Part shown: positions 41,812 to 50,758 of the stretch, one piece after another | How positions within the stretch are numbered: position 1 is the stretch's first letter | Layout of the letters: the number at the start of each line of letters is the position of its first letter | Source: Endomicrobiales bacterium | GTDB lineage: Bacteria; Elusimicrobiota; Endomicrobiia; Endomicrobiales; JALOBY01 | NCBI GenBank assembly: GCA_963796955.1 | Contig: CAWCNJ010000006.1 | Location: 1-64,000 of the forward strand | DNA length: 64,000 nucleotides | Direction of reading: 5' to 3' | Program-made: the position numbers and the translations under genes | Notes under the pieces: model-generated | Seen by the model: the letters and a program-made list of their open reading frames with translations, nothing else | Told to the model about the DNA's origin: nothing | Databases searched by the model: none

Positions 41812-42993
41812 TTATTTTAGGGCAGCTTCAAGCCGGTCTAAGCCGTTCTTGATGTTTCCCATAGAGGTGGCGTAGGACAGGCGCATGAAGCCGGGGGCGT
41901 TGAAGGCATCACCGGGTACCACAGCTATCTTGGCGTGTTCCAGCAGGTAGGCGGCGAATTCTATGCAGGTGTTCACGGTGACTCCACGGTATGTTTTACC
42001 GAGGAGTTTTTTTATGTTGGGGAAAACGTAAAAGGCGCCCTGCGGCATGTTGCAATGAACGCCCTTGATCTTGTTCAGGCGTTCAACTATATAGTTACGG
42101 CGTTTTTCAAATTCGACGCGCATTTCTTCCACGCTGTCCTGCTGGCCAAGGTATGCTTCGGCGGCGGCTTTCAGGGAAATTGATGTGGGGTTAGAAGTGC
42201 TCTGGCTTTGTATGGTAGTCATGGCGTTAATTATTTCTTTGGGGCCCGCGGCGTAGCCGATGCGCCAGCCGGTCATGGCATGAGATTTTGAAACACCATT
42301 AATAAGTACCGTCCACTCTTTAGCCTGCGGCAGCACCGAAGGAAGCGAGACGAACTTAAAGCCGTCAAAAACCAGCTTATCATATATTTCGTCGGCGACC
42401 ATCAGCACTTTCTTCTCTATGCAAACAGCAGCTATCGCTTTAAGGTCTTCCGCGCTGTAAGCGCCTCCGGTAGGGTTGCTAGGTGAATTTATCACCACGG
42501 CTTTTGTTTTCGGCCCTATTGCTTTTGCCAGCTGCTCCGCCGTCATGGTGAAGTTGTGCTTTTCTTTGGTTTTAACAAATTTTACTTTGGCACCGGCAAG
42601 CACCGCCATATCGGGGTAGCTTACCCAGCAGGGCGTGGGGATGATTATCTGGTCGCCGGGATTGAATATCGCTTGAAAGAGGTTGTAGAGGGAATGCTTT
42701 GCGCCGCATGAAACTATGATCTCATTTTCAGAATATACGACGCCCGATTCGCTTTTAATTCTATGAATGATCGCTGCTTTCAGGTCCGGGGTGCCGGAAA
42801 CCGGGCAGTATTTCGTAAAGCCCGCATCGATCGCCTTCTTGGCGGCGTCCTTTATATGCTGCGGCGTGTCAAAGTCAGGTTCGCCGGTGCCGAAAGATAT
42901 TACATCTATGCCTTGCGCTTTAAGGGCTTTGGCTTTGGCGTCTATAGCAAGTGTCGCGGAAGGCTTAACATTAAGAACTCTTTTTGACAGCAT
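41812..42993 (-). CDS. aspC: PLP-dependent class I aminotransferase (aspartate aminotransferase)
   Basis: GEPDFDTP, NSPSNPTG, DEIY, SKSHAMTGWRIGY. Confidence 0.92.
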   Translation of the reverse strand: MLSKRVLNVKPSATLAIDAKAKALKAQGIDVISFGTGEPDFDTPQHIKDAAKKAIDAGFTKYCPVSGTPDLKAAIIHRIKSESGVVYSENEIIVSCGAKHSLYNLFQAIFNPGDQIIIPTPCWVSYPDMAVLAGAKVKFVKTKEKHNFTMTAEQLAKAIGPKTKAVVINSPSNPTGGAYSAEDLKAIAAVCIEKKVLMVADEIYDKLVFDGFKFVSLPSVLPQAKEWTVLINGVSKSHAMTGWRIGYAAGPKEIINAMTTIQSQSTSNPTSISLKAAAEAYLGQQDSVEEMRVEFEKRRNYIVERLNKIKGVHCNMPQGAFYVFPNIKKLLGKTYRGVTVNTCIEFAAYLLEHAKIAVVPGDAFNAPGFMRLSYATSMGNIKNGLDRLEAALK

Positions 42994-43032
42994 TATAATA
43001 CCTCATAGTCGATATACTCTGATAGCTGCACT

Positions 43033-43061
43033 ATTATAGCGATTGGACAACCTAATGTCAA
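43033..43061 (-). promoter_or_regulatory. Sigma70-type promoter for the aminotransferase
   Basis: Minus strand TTGACA (43061-43056), 17-nt spacer, TATAAT (43038-43033). Confidence 0.85.
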
Positions 43062-43068
43062 ATAGTAT

Positions 43069-43097
43069 TTGACAATCAGCTGCAATTCTGCTAATAT
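43069..43097 (+). promoter_or_regulatory. Sigma70-type promoter for rplU-rpmA
   Basis: TTGACA, 17-nt spacer, TAATAT with extended TG; back-to-back with the minus-strand promoter. Confidence 0.8.
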
Positions 43098-43143
43098 TGC
43101 TGTCCAATAGCCCAAATAAAGAACGGTATAGTTAAGAAGTGTC

Positions 43144-43285
43144 CATCCCGGCACTATGAAGCCGCCGTAAACGCCGGGATTTCGCATACGGCAAAATAAT
43201 AACTACAAAGTTTTTCATCCCGGCACTATGCAGCCGCCGTAAACGCCGGGATTTCGCGGTGCGGCAATAATTACTCCAAGAGGTG
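43144..43285 (+). ncRNA. Tandem duplicated structured leader motif upstream of rplU (72-nt period)
   Basis: CATCCCGGCACTATG(A/C)AGCCGCCGTAAACGCCGGGATTTCGC at 43144 and 43216; stem ATCCCGGC/GCCGGGAT. Confidence 0.7.
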
Positions 43286-43289
43286 CTCC

Positions 43290-43601
43290 ATGTTCGCGAT
43301 AGTCCAAACTGGCGGGAAACAATATAGGGTCGAGGCCGGAGATGTTATTCTGGTTGAGAAGCTTATAGCAGACGCAGGCGCAGATATCGTCATGGATCAG
43401 GTGCTTATGATCGGCGACGGCGACAACGTTACCATCGGCCGCCCGGTAGTTGAAGGCGCCAAGGTCACTGCTTCGGTTGTCAGTCAGGCAAAAGGCCCCA
43501 AGATCATAGTGTTCAAGAAACGCAGCAAAAAAGGCTACAAGAAGACACAGGGACACAGACAGAAATACACAGAGCTTAAGATAAAAGATATCAAAGCTTA
43601 A
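43290..43601 (+). CDS. rplU: 50S ribosomal protein L21
   Basis: MFAIVQTGGKQYRV...GHRQKYT; GAGGTG RBS. Confidence 0.99.
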   Translation: MFAIVQTGGKQYRVEAGDVILVEKLIADAGADIVMDQVLMIGDGDNVTIGRPVVEGAKVTASVVSQAKGPKIIVFKKRSKKGYKKTQGHRQKYTELKIKDIKA

Positions 43602-43623
43602 TTCAGGGAAGAGGTAATTTAAC

Positions 43624-43890
43624 ATGGCTCATACCAAATCGCAGGGCTCATCATCTAACGGACGCGACTCAGCCGGTCAACGGCTCGGCGTTAAGGCATT
43701 TGGCGACGAAGTTGTGAACGCCGGATCCATTATAGTTCGTCAGCACGGCACCAAATTCCATTGCGGCAAGAATGTGAAGATGGGTTCAGACCATACGATT
43801 TTCGCCACCGCCACCGGCAAAGTGCAGTTCGAGTGGAAAGCGAAAGACAGAAAGTATGTGAACATCGTTCCCGTAGCCGTAAAGAACTAA
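43624..43890 (+). CDS. rpmA: 50S ribosomal protein L27
   Basis: [24 protein letters not shown]. Confidence 0.99.
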   Translation: MAHTKSQGSSSNGRDSAGQRLGVKAFGDEVVNAGSIIVRQHGTKFHCGKNVKMGSDHTIFATATGKVQFEWKAKDRKYVNIVPVAVKN

Positions 43891-43919
43891 GACGAAAAAC
43901 AACTCAAAATTTATCAGAG

Positions 43920-43966
43920 CCCTAAACTGCACAAAGGTAAACTTTACCAGTTTAGGGTTTTCTGTT
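43920..43966 (+). terminator. Probable intrinsic terminator after rpmA
   Basis: CCCTAAACTG...CAGTTTAGGG followed by TTTTCTGTTT. Confidence 0.65.
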
Positions 43967-43972
43967 TGTAAA

Positions 43973-44102
43973 CCGTGTTGACGCGGCAGGCTGTTCGGTG
44001 GAAGAAATTTCCGCATGTTTGACGATCCGCTATGGGAGGCGGCCGTTAGGGCCAGCGGAGCTGGAGGTTCGGAAATTTCTGTAACCGAATAGGCTGACAC
44101 GG
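43973..44102 (+). ncRNA. Rod-like structured RNA candidate with central bubble
   Basis: Nested stems CCGTGT/ACACGG, CTGTTCGGT/ACCGAATAG, AGAAATTTCCG/CGGAAATTTCT, CCGCT/AGCGG. G-U wobbles favour the + strand. Confidence 0.55.
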
Positions 44103-44131
44103 CGACACTATATCAATTGCTTACAGTTCTT

Positions 44132-44205
44132 ATCCCGCCACTGTGAGGCTCACACGCCGTTGGCGGCGGGATCTCACGATGGGGCAATAATAACTGCAAG
44201 AGGTG
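44132..44205 (+). ncRNA. Third, diverged copy of the rplU leader motif upstream of obgE
   Basis: ATCCCGCCACTGTGA...GCCGT...GGCGGGATCTCAC...GGCAATAATAACTGCAAGAGGTG. Confidence 0.65.
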
Positions 44206-44209
44206 TTCG

Positions 44210-45466
44210 ATGTTTATTGATAAGGCACACATTTATGTTTCAGGCGGCAGAGGCGGATCGGGTTCTAACTCGTTTCGCAGGGAAAAGCACGTTCCGTTCG
44301 GCGGCCCGGATGGCGGCAATGGCGGCAAGGGCGGTGATGTATTCCTTGTGGCAGACCAGCATCTAACGACTCTGCTTGACCTTACCTATAAACCTCACTA
44401 CCGGGCCAAAGACGGTCAGCCGGGATCAGGCTGCAACTGCTACGGCCGCTGCGCTGAAGATCTTATAATGAAAGTGCCTTGCGGCACCATAGTGCGCCGC
44501 AGAGGCGAAAGCGATATAGTCGCGGACCTGAAAGAAGACGGGCAGAAGTTTTTAGCGGCTGCCGGCGGCCGCGGCGGCAGAGGTAATTCATCGTTCAAGA
44601 CCAGCCGCAACACCGCTCCCAGAATGTATGAAAAAGGCGAGCCGGGCGTGGATATAGAATTCGACCTTGAATTAAAACTTATCGCTGATGTAGGCCTTGT
44701 AGGTTTCCCGAACGCGGGAAAATCCACGCTTTTGTCTTCAATAAGCGCCGCAACGCCGAAAATAGCGGATTACCCATTTACCACGTTGTCCCCTAACCTT
44801 GGCGTTTCGCAGTACGCAGGCAAAAGCTTCGTGGTCGCCGATATCCCCGGACTTATTGAAGGCGCGCATACAGGCAAGGGCCTGGGTGATGAGTTCTTGC
44901 GTCATATCGAACGTACCCGTATACTGGTGCATATCGTCGACCTCTTCGGTTTTGACGAACATACCGCCTACCAGAATTACAAGACGATCAATAAAGAGCT
45001 TGAGCGTTATTCAAAGAAGCTCGCCTCCAAGAAAATGATAGTTGTCGCTAATAAGGCGGATCTAACGGATGCCGGCAAAAAGCTGACAGAGCTTAAACGC
45101 CATCTTAAGGGCAAAAAGATTTACGAGATATCGGCCGTGACCGGCAAAGGTATAGATGTGCTGCTGGGCGCGATAATAAAAGAGCTGGCTAAACCCGTAA
45201 TGGAGCCTCCCGTTGAAGAGCCGGTTCGCAGGTACGTTTACGAGCCGGATTTCGTGGTCACGATAGCCGAAGACGGCGCCTTCGTTGTCGGCGGTAAGAA
45301 AATAGAAAAGCTCGCAGAGATGTCGGATTTCAATGAAGACGAGTCCCTGCGCCGTTTCCAAAACATCCTCAAGAAAATGGGTGTAGAAAAAGCCATGAAG
45401 GAAAAAGGCGCCGAAGTAGGCGACCTGGTCCGCATAGGCACGTTGGAATTTGAATATCAGAAATGA
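44210..45466 (+). CDS. obgE: GTPase ObgE/CgtA
   Basis: GGPDGGNGG, GFPNAGKS, DIPG, NKAD; C-terminal DUF1967-type extension. Confidence 0.99.
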   Translation: MFIDKAHIYVSGGRGGSGSNSFRREKHVPFGGPDGGNGGKGGDVFLVADQHLTTLLDLTYKPHYRAKDGQPGSGCNCYGRCAEDLIMKVPCGTIVRRRGESDIVADLKEDGQKFLAAAGGRGGRGNSSFKTSRNTAPRMYEKGEPGVDIEFDLELKLIADVGLVGFPNAGKSTLLSSISAATPKIADYPFTTLSPNLGVSQYAGKSFVVADIPGLIEGAHTGKGLGDEFLRHIERTRILVHIVDLFGFDEHTAYQNYKTINKELERYSKKLASKKMIVVANKADLTDAGKKLTELKRHLKGKKIYEISAVTGKGIDVLLGAIIKELAKPVMEPPVEEPVRRYVYEPDFVVTIAEDGAFVVGGKKIEKLAEMSDFNEDESLRRFQNILKKMGVEKAMKEKGAEVGDLVRIGTLEFEYQK

Positions 45467-45502
45467 AGAACTCGTATTTCTTAGGTTGAAATAAGTGGCA
45501 AA

Positions 45503-47494
45503 ATGACGATGAAAAACTCCCTCGATCCCTCTTTAACAAAAGAGGGAAGAACTATTGAGCAGGGCAAGTCGCAAGTTCCCCTCTTTACTAAAGAGGGGTT
45601 AGGGAAGTTAGGGCGTTGGCCGTTTATTATTTTTTTTGTTGCGCTGGTTTTGCGCCTGGTTTATCTGCTGCAAATTCAGCATACTCCCCTTACTGATTTC
45701 CTTTTAGTAGACTCCAAATTTTATCATGAATGGGCAAAAAGTATTGCGGCCGGCGATTGGCTGGGCGGAACGCGGACCTTTGTTATGGCGCCGCTGTATG
45801 CCTATTTTCTGGCCTTAGTTTATAGCATTACCGGCCCGGTTTTCCAGAACGCGCTGGTTTTGCAGATATTGATCGGTTCATTGTCTTGCGTGTTAGGTTT
45901 TTATGTGACAAAAAAGTATTTCGGCACACAGGCCGCGATCATCGCCGGCATCTGCTGCGCTGTGTACCCCGTTTTTATTTTTTACGACGGCACACTTCTG
46001 AAAGAAAACCTGATGGTGTTCGTTTCGCTCCTCTTTCTTTTTTTGTACCCGGTTGAGCCGGTCCGGAGCCCGGAGCCCGGAGCCCGGATTAACGGCAACA
46101 GACTTATAATATGCGGTATGCTTCTCGGGCTGAACGCACTGATGCGGCCTACGATACTTTTGATGCCTCCTTTGATCGTTGCTTTGGAATACCCTCAGTT
46201 GCGCAGGCTCGCCTTTAAGCGTCTGGCGTGGCTGGTGCTCGGCATTGGGGTGATAATTGCACCTGTTGCCATGCGTAACAAATATGTCGGCGGTGAATGG
46301 GTGGTTACGGTGGCTTCGGGGGGAATGAACTTCTGGACGGGAAACAATCCGGCGGCCCATGGGGCTTATAACGGCGCACCCTTCCTTACCAGCGAAGAAC
46401 CGCAGTTTGAGGATGAAGATTTTAGAAAAGAGGCTTCCCGTCGCAGCGGGCGAGAGCTGACGGAAAGCCAGGCTTCCGACTATTGGTATGGGCAGGGCGT
46501 ACGTTTTCTGGTAAACAACCCGGGGCGGGCCGTATGGCTTTTGTGGCGCAAAACACTGGGCTTCTGGCATACAGTTGAATTACCCTCGGACCTCAATTAC
46601 TATTTTGCACGGGACTTTTCGCCGCTGCTGCGTTTGGATCTTCTTTCGTTCGGCATTTTCGCGCCGCTGGGCATTATGGGCATGGTCCTGGCGTGGCGAA
46701 AATATCCCGCGAGCCGTCTATTGACGCTGTTCGTTGCGGCGAATTTTCTTGCAAGCCTTATCTTTTTCAACTCCTCACGCTACCGCCTGCCTGTCGTTCC
46801 GGTCGTCACAATTTTCGCGGCTTTCTTTATCATGCATGTGTACGATACGTTCTTTGTGCGCAGGCAAAATCTCAGCGTCGAGCTGGATCTGAAATTGTTC
46901 GCCCCCTTGATCGCGTTGCTGGTCCTGTGCAATTATCATGACACGATGCTTAACGCTATCGCCCGGACACGCTTAAGCTACCGCAATGCGTCGGCCATTT
47001 ACCTGAATGCCGGTAACGTTCAGCGGGCCGCGGATATGGCGCAGCGCGCTGTCGCGATAGACCCTGCATACGCCCTCGGCTGGCAGCAGTATTCTAACGC
47101 GCTTTTGAGGCTGGGACGCACCGACGAGGCGAAGGCGGCTTTTGAGCGGGCCGCGGCCTTAGATTCAGTACATCGCGATGCCCGTTTTGAACGGTCGCTT
47201 CCAAAAACAGGGCAAGAACAATTTGAGGCTCTGCTTAAACAATATCCGGGCAAAGAGAAAGAGATACACAACAACCTCGGCCTGATGTACCTTAAACGCG
47301 GAGAATTTGACGCGGCAGAAAAGGAATTTCGCAGCGCGATAGCCATTGATAGCAGGTATGAAAAAGCATATTATAATCTGGGGCTGGTATTCGAAAGGCG
47401 GAAAGATACGGCGCAGGCGCGCGCGTACTATGAAAAAGCGCTGGCAATAGATCCCAATTACGAAAAAGCGAAGACGAAGCTTGGCAGACAATAA
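45503..47494 (+). CDS. Membrane glycosyltransferase (GT-C, PMT_2/GT39-like) with C-terminal TPR repeats
   Basis: Polytopic; DS.FY..WA, PLY.YFLA, GGMNFW.GNN, RYRLP; TPRs such as HNNLG and YYNLG. Exact start uncertain. Confidence 0.85.
   Translation: MTMKNSLDPSLTKEGRTIEQGKSQVPLFTKEGLGKLGRWPFIIFFVALVLRLVYLLQIQHTPLTDFLLVDSKFYHEWAKSIAAGDWLGGTRTFVMAPLYAYFLALVYSITGPVFQNALVLQILIGSLSCVLGFYVTKKYFGTQAAIIAGICCAVYPVFIFYDGTLLKENLMVFVSLLFLFLYPVEPVRSPEPGARINGNRLIICGMLLGLNALMRPTILLMPPLIVALEYPQLRRLAFKRLAWLVLGIGVIIAPVAMRNKYVGGEWVVTVASGGMNFWTGNNPAAHGAYNGAPFLTSEEPQFEDEDFRKEASRRSGRELTESQASDYWYGQGVRFLVNNPGRAVWLLWRKTLGFWHTVELPSDLNYYFARDFSPLLRLDLLSFGIFAPLGIMGMVLAWRKYPASRLLTLFVAANFLASLIFFNSSRYRLPVVPVVTIFAAFFIMHVYDTFFVRRQNLSVELDLKLFAPLIALLVLCNYHDTMLNAIARTRLSYRNASAIYLNAGNVQRAADMAQRAVAIDPAYALGWQQYSNALLRLGRTDEAKAAFERAAALDSVHRDARFERSLPKTGQEQFEALLKQYPGKEKEIHNNLGLMYLKRGEFDAAEKEFRSAIAIDSRYEKAYYNLGLVFERRKDTAQARAYYEKALAIDPNYEKAKTKLGRQ
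45515..45609. repeat. REP-like double-hairpin element, copy 2 (overlaps the 5' end of the CDS)
   Basis: AACTCCCTCGATCCCTCTTTAACAAAAGAGGG...CCCCTCTTTACTAAAGAGGGGTTAGGGAAGTT. Confidence 0.8.
46060..46087. repeat. In-frame heptamer array AGCCCGG x4
   Basis: GGTCCGG AGCCCGG AGCCCGG AGCCCGG in a loop between TM helices; same unit as at 26585. Confidence 0.85.
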
Positions 47495-47516
47495 AGAAAG
47501 TACTACAATAAATATA

Positions 47517-47894
47517 ATGAGATCATCTCCTAAATACTGGCTTCCGGTACTTCTCTGGTGCAGTTTGATATTTTATCTTTCCAGTATACAGCATCTTGAT
47601 ACGGGCTGGGGCATGTCCGACTTTATACTGCGCAAATGCGCGCATATGTTCGAATACGGGGTGCTGTATTTGTTTTCACGCCGTGCATTTGCAAAAACAA
47701 CCTCTCTGCCTCCGACGGCGGCGGCATTCGTCTTCACGGTGCTGTACGCCGCCAGCGATGAGTTCCACCAGTCTTTTGTACCCACCCGCGGGCCTTCCGT
47801 GAAGGATGTATTGATAGATTCGACCGGCGCCTACATTACGCTGCGTCTGAACGGCTGGTGGCTGGCGCGCCAACCGTTAAAAACTTCACGATGA
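47517..47894 (+). CDS. VanZ family membrane protein
   Basis: IFYLSS, RKCAHMFEY, YAASDEFHQSFVPTR, DVLID. Confidence 0.92.
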   Translation: MRSSPKYWLPVLLWCSLIFYLSSIQHLDTGWGMSDFILRKCAHMFEYGVLYLFSRRAFAKTTSLPPTAAAFVFTVLYAASDEFHQSFVPTRGPSVKDVLIDSTGAYITLRLNGWWLARQPLKTSR

Positions 47895-48742
47895 GAACAC
47901 GCTACCGCACTATTGCCTGTTTCCTGCTGCCTATTGCCTGTTGTTTATCCGGTTGCGGCGGTCCCGAGCGTTTGTTCAACAAAGCTCAGGCGCTTGAAGG
48001 CAAGGGCTATTTTGTAGAAGCCGGCATAACCTATGATAAACTCGCAAAAAAATATCCCGCTGCCGCCCTTGCGCCCGAGGCGCTTTATCGCATTGGCCGC
48101 ATTTACCAGAAAAAATTAAAGTTGTTCTCTTATTCCACGCGGTACTATCTTTCCGTTATAGAAAAATATTCTTCCGCTCAGCAGTGGACGGCTCTTGCGG
48201 GACAGGGTTTGCTTACCTCCCCCGATTACTTCCCGCTGCACGCCGGTAATTTCTGGATAGAAGGCGATTCTGATACCGGCGGCGTAAATATGCGCGCCGA
48301 GTGGAACTGCGGGGTCATCTCATCCGGGACTTGGGTGATAGCCCGTCGTATATCAGCCGGCTCGCATTTTGTAAAGGAAATAAAGCAATATTACCGGATA
48401 AAGGGCTCTCAGCTGTGCCAGTTCTCCAGCCAGCAGGAGGATACGGGTGTTGTCATATTGTCATACCCTTTTGAAAAAGGCCGCAGCTGGCGGACCGTGA
48501 GCGATGGTAAATGGATGGAATACCGGGTGGAAGCTACGGATGAGCGGATAGCTGTAAAGGCAGGCAGCTTCCCCGGCTGCCTTAAGATAGGCGAACGCAA
48601 CCTTGCCTACCCGGGCTCAGTAAAATACAATTACTATGCCCCTGAGACCGGCTGGGTGCTTACAACCACCGCCCTGGTCGGCGGCACCGAACACCGCAGC
48701 ACCGAACTGTTGAGCTGCAAGGTGTTCCCGGAGGAATTTTAA
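47891..48742 (+). CDS. TPR-containing lipoprotein
   Basis: ATGA overlap with the VanZ-family gene; lipobox LSGC; APEALYRIG TPR. Confidence 0.8.
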   Translation: MRTRYRTIACFLLPIACCLSGCGGPERLFNKAQALEGKGYFVEAGITYDKLAKKYPAAALAPEALYRIGRIYQKKLKLFSYSTRYYLSVIEKYSSAQQWTALAGQGLLTSPDYFPLHAGNFWIEGDSDTGGVNMRAEWNCGVISSGTWVIARRISAGSHFVKEIKQYYRIKGSQLCQFSSQQEDTGVVILSYPFEKGRSWRTVSDGKWMEYRVEATDERIAVKAGSFPGCLKIGERNLAYPGSVKYNYYAPETGWVLTTTALVGGTEHRSTELLSCKVFPEEF

Positions 48743-49107
48743 TGGCCAGGGTCAACGAAGATTCCAACTGGCGCAGGGCGGAGCGCTTTAACGCAGCAGC
48801 CCGGATAACGGTGACCGCCGGCAAAGACAAGTTCTCCGGTATCATGCGGGACATCAGCCTGAAGGGAATATCCTTCAGGAGCGAAGATCTGATAGAAACG
48901 GAAGAGACCTGTCTTTTTGAGATCGCGCTGCCCGACGGCCCCGTGGTGAAGACGAAAGGCATCTTCATGTGGAAGAGACCGCTGGGGCGCGAACATCTCT
49001 ACGGTGTGGATTTCACCAGGATCGGTTTTTTCGCCAACCGGCGGCTAAAAAAATGGCTGGCCCATCGCGCCGAGATCTTCAAAGGGAAAGTCTGGAAGCC
49101 GAATTAG
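48742..49107 (+). CDS. PilZ domain protein
   Basis: RRAER and DISLKG c-di-GMP-binding motifs. Confidence 0.88.
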   Translation: MARVNEDSNWRRAERFNAAARITVTAGKDKFSGIMRDISLKGISFRSEDLIETEETCLFEIALPDGPVVKTKGIFMWKRPLGREHLYGVDFTRIGFFANRRLKKWLAHRAEIFKGKVWKPN

Positions 49108-49937
49108 AAGAGAAATACCGGCCCTGCCATAGTGAAGGAGTTCTTCTCGTATTTATCGCCGAAATAATCATATTTTACCGAGATGCCGATAGCGCGTGAG
49201 AGCATGAAGTCAAGGCGGTTGCGCGCGGTGAACTGCGCTTCATCCCCGTTCTTAAAGCGCGTATAGAACTTGGTGTCAAAACGGATAAAGTGCAGGAACT
49301 CCAGTTCCGCTTTTATGCCGACCGACATATAATCCAGCACCACAGTGGAGTCGGCGCTGAAACCGTTGCGGTTGCGTCCCGCGATAGGCATACCCTCGGA
49401 AGCAACCGAGGTGTCCACCCGCTCATTAAAATAACCGAGAAAGGGCATGATGCGCTGTTCGCCGAGCGCAAAGGCAACGCCGGCGATAGGATGCAGGCCC
49501 CAGACGGAAGTGTTCACGTTCAACGAGGCGAGCGGTGAAACGTCGCTGCCGGTGACGTGCGTAAACACGTTTATGTAGTCGGCGTAAAAGCCTACCGCCG
49601 GCCGTACCGTTTGTCCCCTGTTAAAATAATAGATCCCGTAGAAAAGATAGCCGTTCTCAGTACTCTTATCAAGCTTGGAGTAATGCCCCATGCTGCCGAC
49701 GGTAAAATCAGGGGTCAGGTACAGCATATTCATCGCGTAGAGCGGCCCTGAATCAGAGAGGGTGTGCGCTGAGCCCGGGGGTGAATCGTAGTTAATATCG
49801 CTTATGGTGTAACCGCCCATCGGCGAAATAAGGAAGAAACTTCTGTCCCGCCCCTCCTGCTCCTGCGCAAAAACATACGTGCACCCAATTACCAAAACCG
49901 CTGCAACCCATCCCGCCGCCGAACGAAAACGTGCCAT
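49104..49937 (-). CDS. Hypothetical exported protein, probable outer-membrane beta-barrel
   Basis: Signal peptide (VFA-Q), alternating beta strands, terminal Phe; GAGGG RBS. Confidence 0.65.
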   Translation of the reverse strand: MARFRSAAGWVAAVLVIGCTYVFAQEQEGRDRSFFLISPMGGYTISDINYDSPPGSAHTLSDSGPLYAMNMLYLTPDFTVGSMGHYSKLDKSTENGYLFYGIYYFNRGQTVRPAVGFYADYINVFTHVTGSDVSPLASLNVNTSVWGLHPIAGVAFALGEQRIMPFLGYFNERVDTSVASEGMPIAGRNRNGFSADSTVVLDYMSVGIKAELEFLHFIRFDTKFYTRFKNGDEAQFTARNRLDFMLSRAIGISVKYDYFGDKYEKNSFTMAGPVFLF

Positions 49938-49963
49938 GTACCCCTCCCTCAGTTTTTATGTTT

Positions 49964-50758
49964 TCAACTATAGCTGTGCAGACCCCTCGTTACAAAATTC
50001 AACCCTACGAACGTGAACAGAATGATCCCAAAACCGCATAGGACCAGATACGCGGCTTTTCTGCCGCTCAGCTCCCTAAACCACCGCAGGTGCAGGTACG
50101 CCAGATAAAAAAGCCAGGTGATAAGGGCCCAGGTCTCTTTAGGGTCCCAGCTCCAGTAACTGCCCCAGGCGGTATTGGCCCAGACCGCGCCGGTGCTGAG
50201 CCCTATGGTCATGAATATGAAGGCGAATGCGATCACGCGGTAGCCGAAGATATCATCAAGGCGCTCGCTGAGAATGTTGTTGTTTTGTTGTGAGGAGGAG
50301 GCGAAAAGATAGATGATGCCGCCGCTGAAAGCTAAGCCCGCCGCGCCGTAGCCTACCAGATAGGCACTGACATGTATCAGCAGCCAGTTGCTTTTTAACG
50401 CGGGCAAAAGGGGTTTCGCTCCCGGATCCAGCAATGCCGCGTACCCCAGGGACAGCAGAGCCATGAGGGCCGGCACTTCGATCGGGAACGTCAGCCGGTA
50501 GGCGAACTCAAAGAACGAAACGCACAACGTCAGGCAGAAAGAAAAGAGTATCAACGTTTCGCCGAGATCCGCCATAGGCGGGTGGCCGGTAACGAACCAT
50601 TGCGCCGCAAGCCATACGGCGGTGCTCATGGTTCCCAGGGTAAACAGCGGTTTAACCAGTTTTGAGCCGTGTCTATAGCCGAACGCGTTACCGGCTATAG
50701 AAAGTACCATCACAAAAAAATAACAGAACAACGCCGCATTTATAAGAGCTTCACGCAT
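49964..50758 (-). CDS. ccsA: Cytochrome c biogenesis protein CcsA/ResC (system II)
   Basis: WGSYWSWDPKETW WWD motif; WLLIHV. Confidence 0.93.
   Translation of the reverse strand: MREALINAALFCYFFVMVLSIAGNAFGYRHGSKLVKPLFTLGTMSTAVWLAAQWFVTGHPPMADLGETLILFSFCLTLCVSFFEFAYRLTFPIEVPALMALLSLGYAALLDPGAKPLLPALKSNWLLIHVSAYLVGYGAAGLAFSGGIIYLFASSSQQNNNILSERLDDIFGYRVIAFAFIFMTIGLSTGAVWANTAWGSYWSWDPKETWALITWLFYLAYLHLRWFRELSGRKAAYLVLCGFGIILFTFVGLNFVTRGLHSYS

Noticed and set aside
43144..43200. Guanidine-III riboswitch (similar pseudoknot topology)
   Set aside because: It lacks the conserved ACGA-type residues I recall for that class, and the gene context (ribosomal proteins) does not fit.
43144..43285. Possible mini-CRISPR (two ~42-nt repeats, 72-nt period)
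   Set aside because: Only two units, the 'spacers' resemble each other, no cas genes are present, and it sits in the rplU 5' UTR.
42993..43625. Minus-strand ORFs sharing RNPGVYGG.IVPG
   Set aside because: They are translations of the duplicated leader and antisense to rplU.
43786..44366. Small ORFs in the rpmA-obgE intergenic region
   Set aside because: No motifs; the region is better explained by RNA structure.
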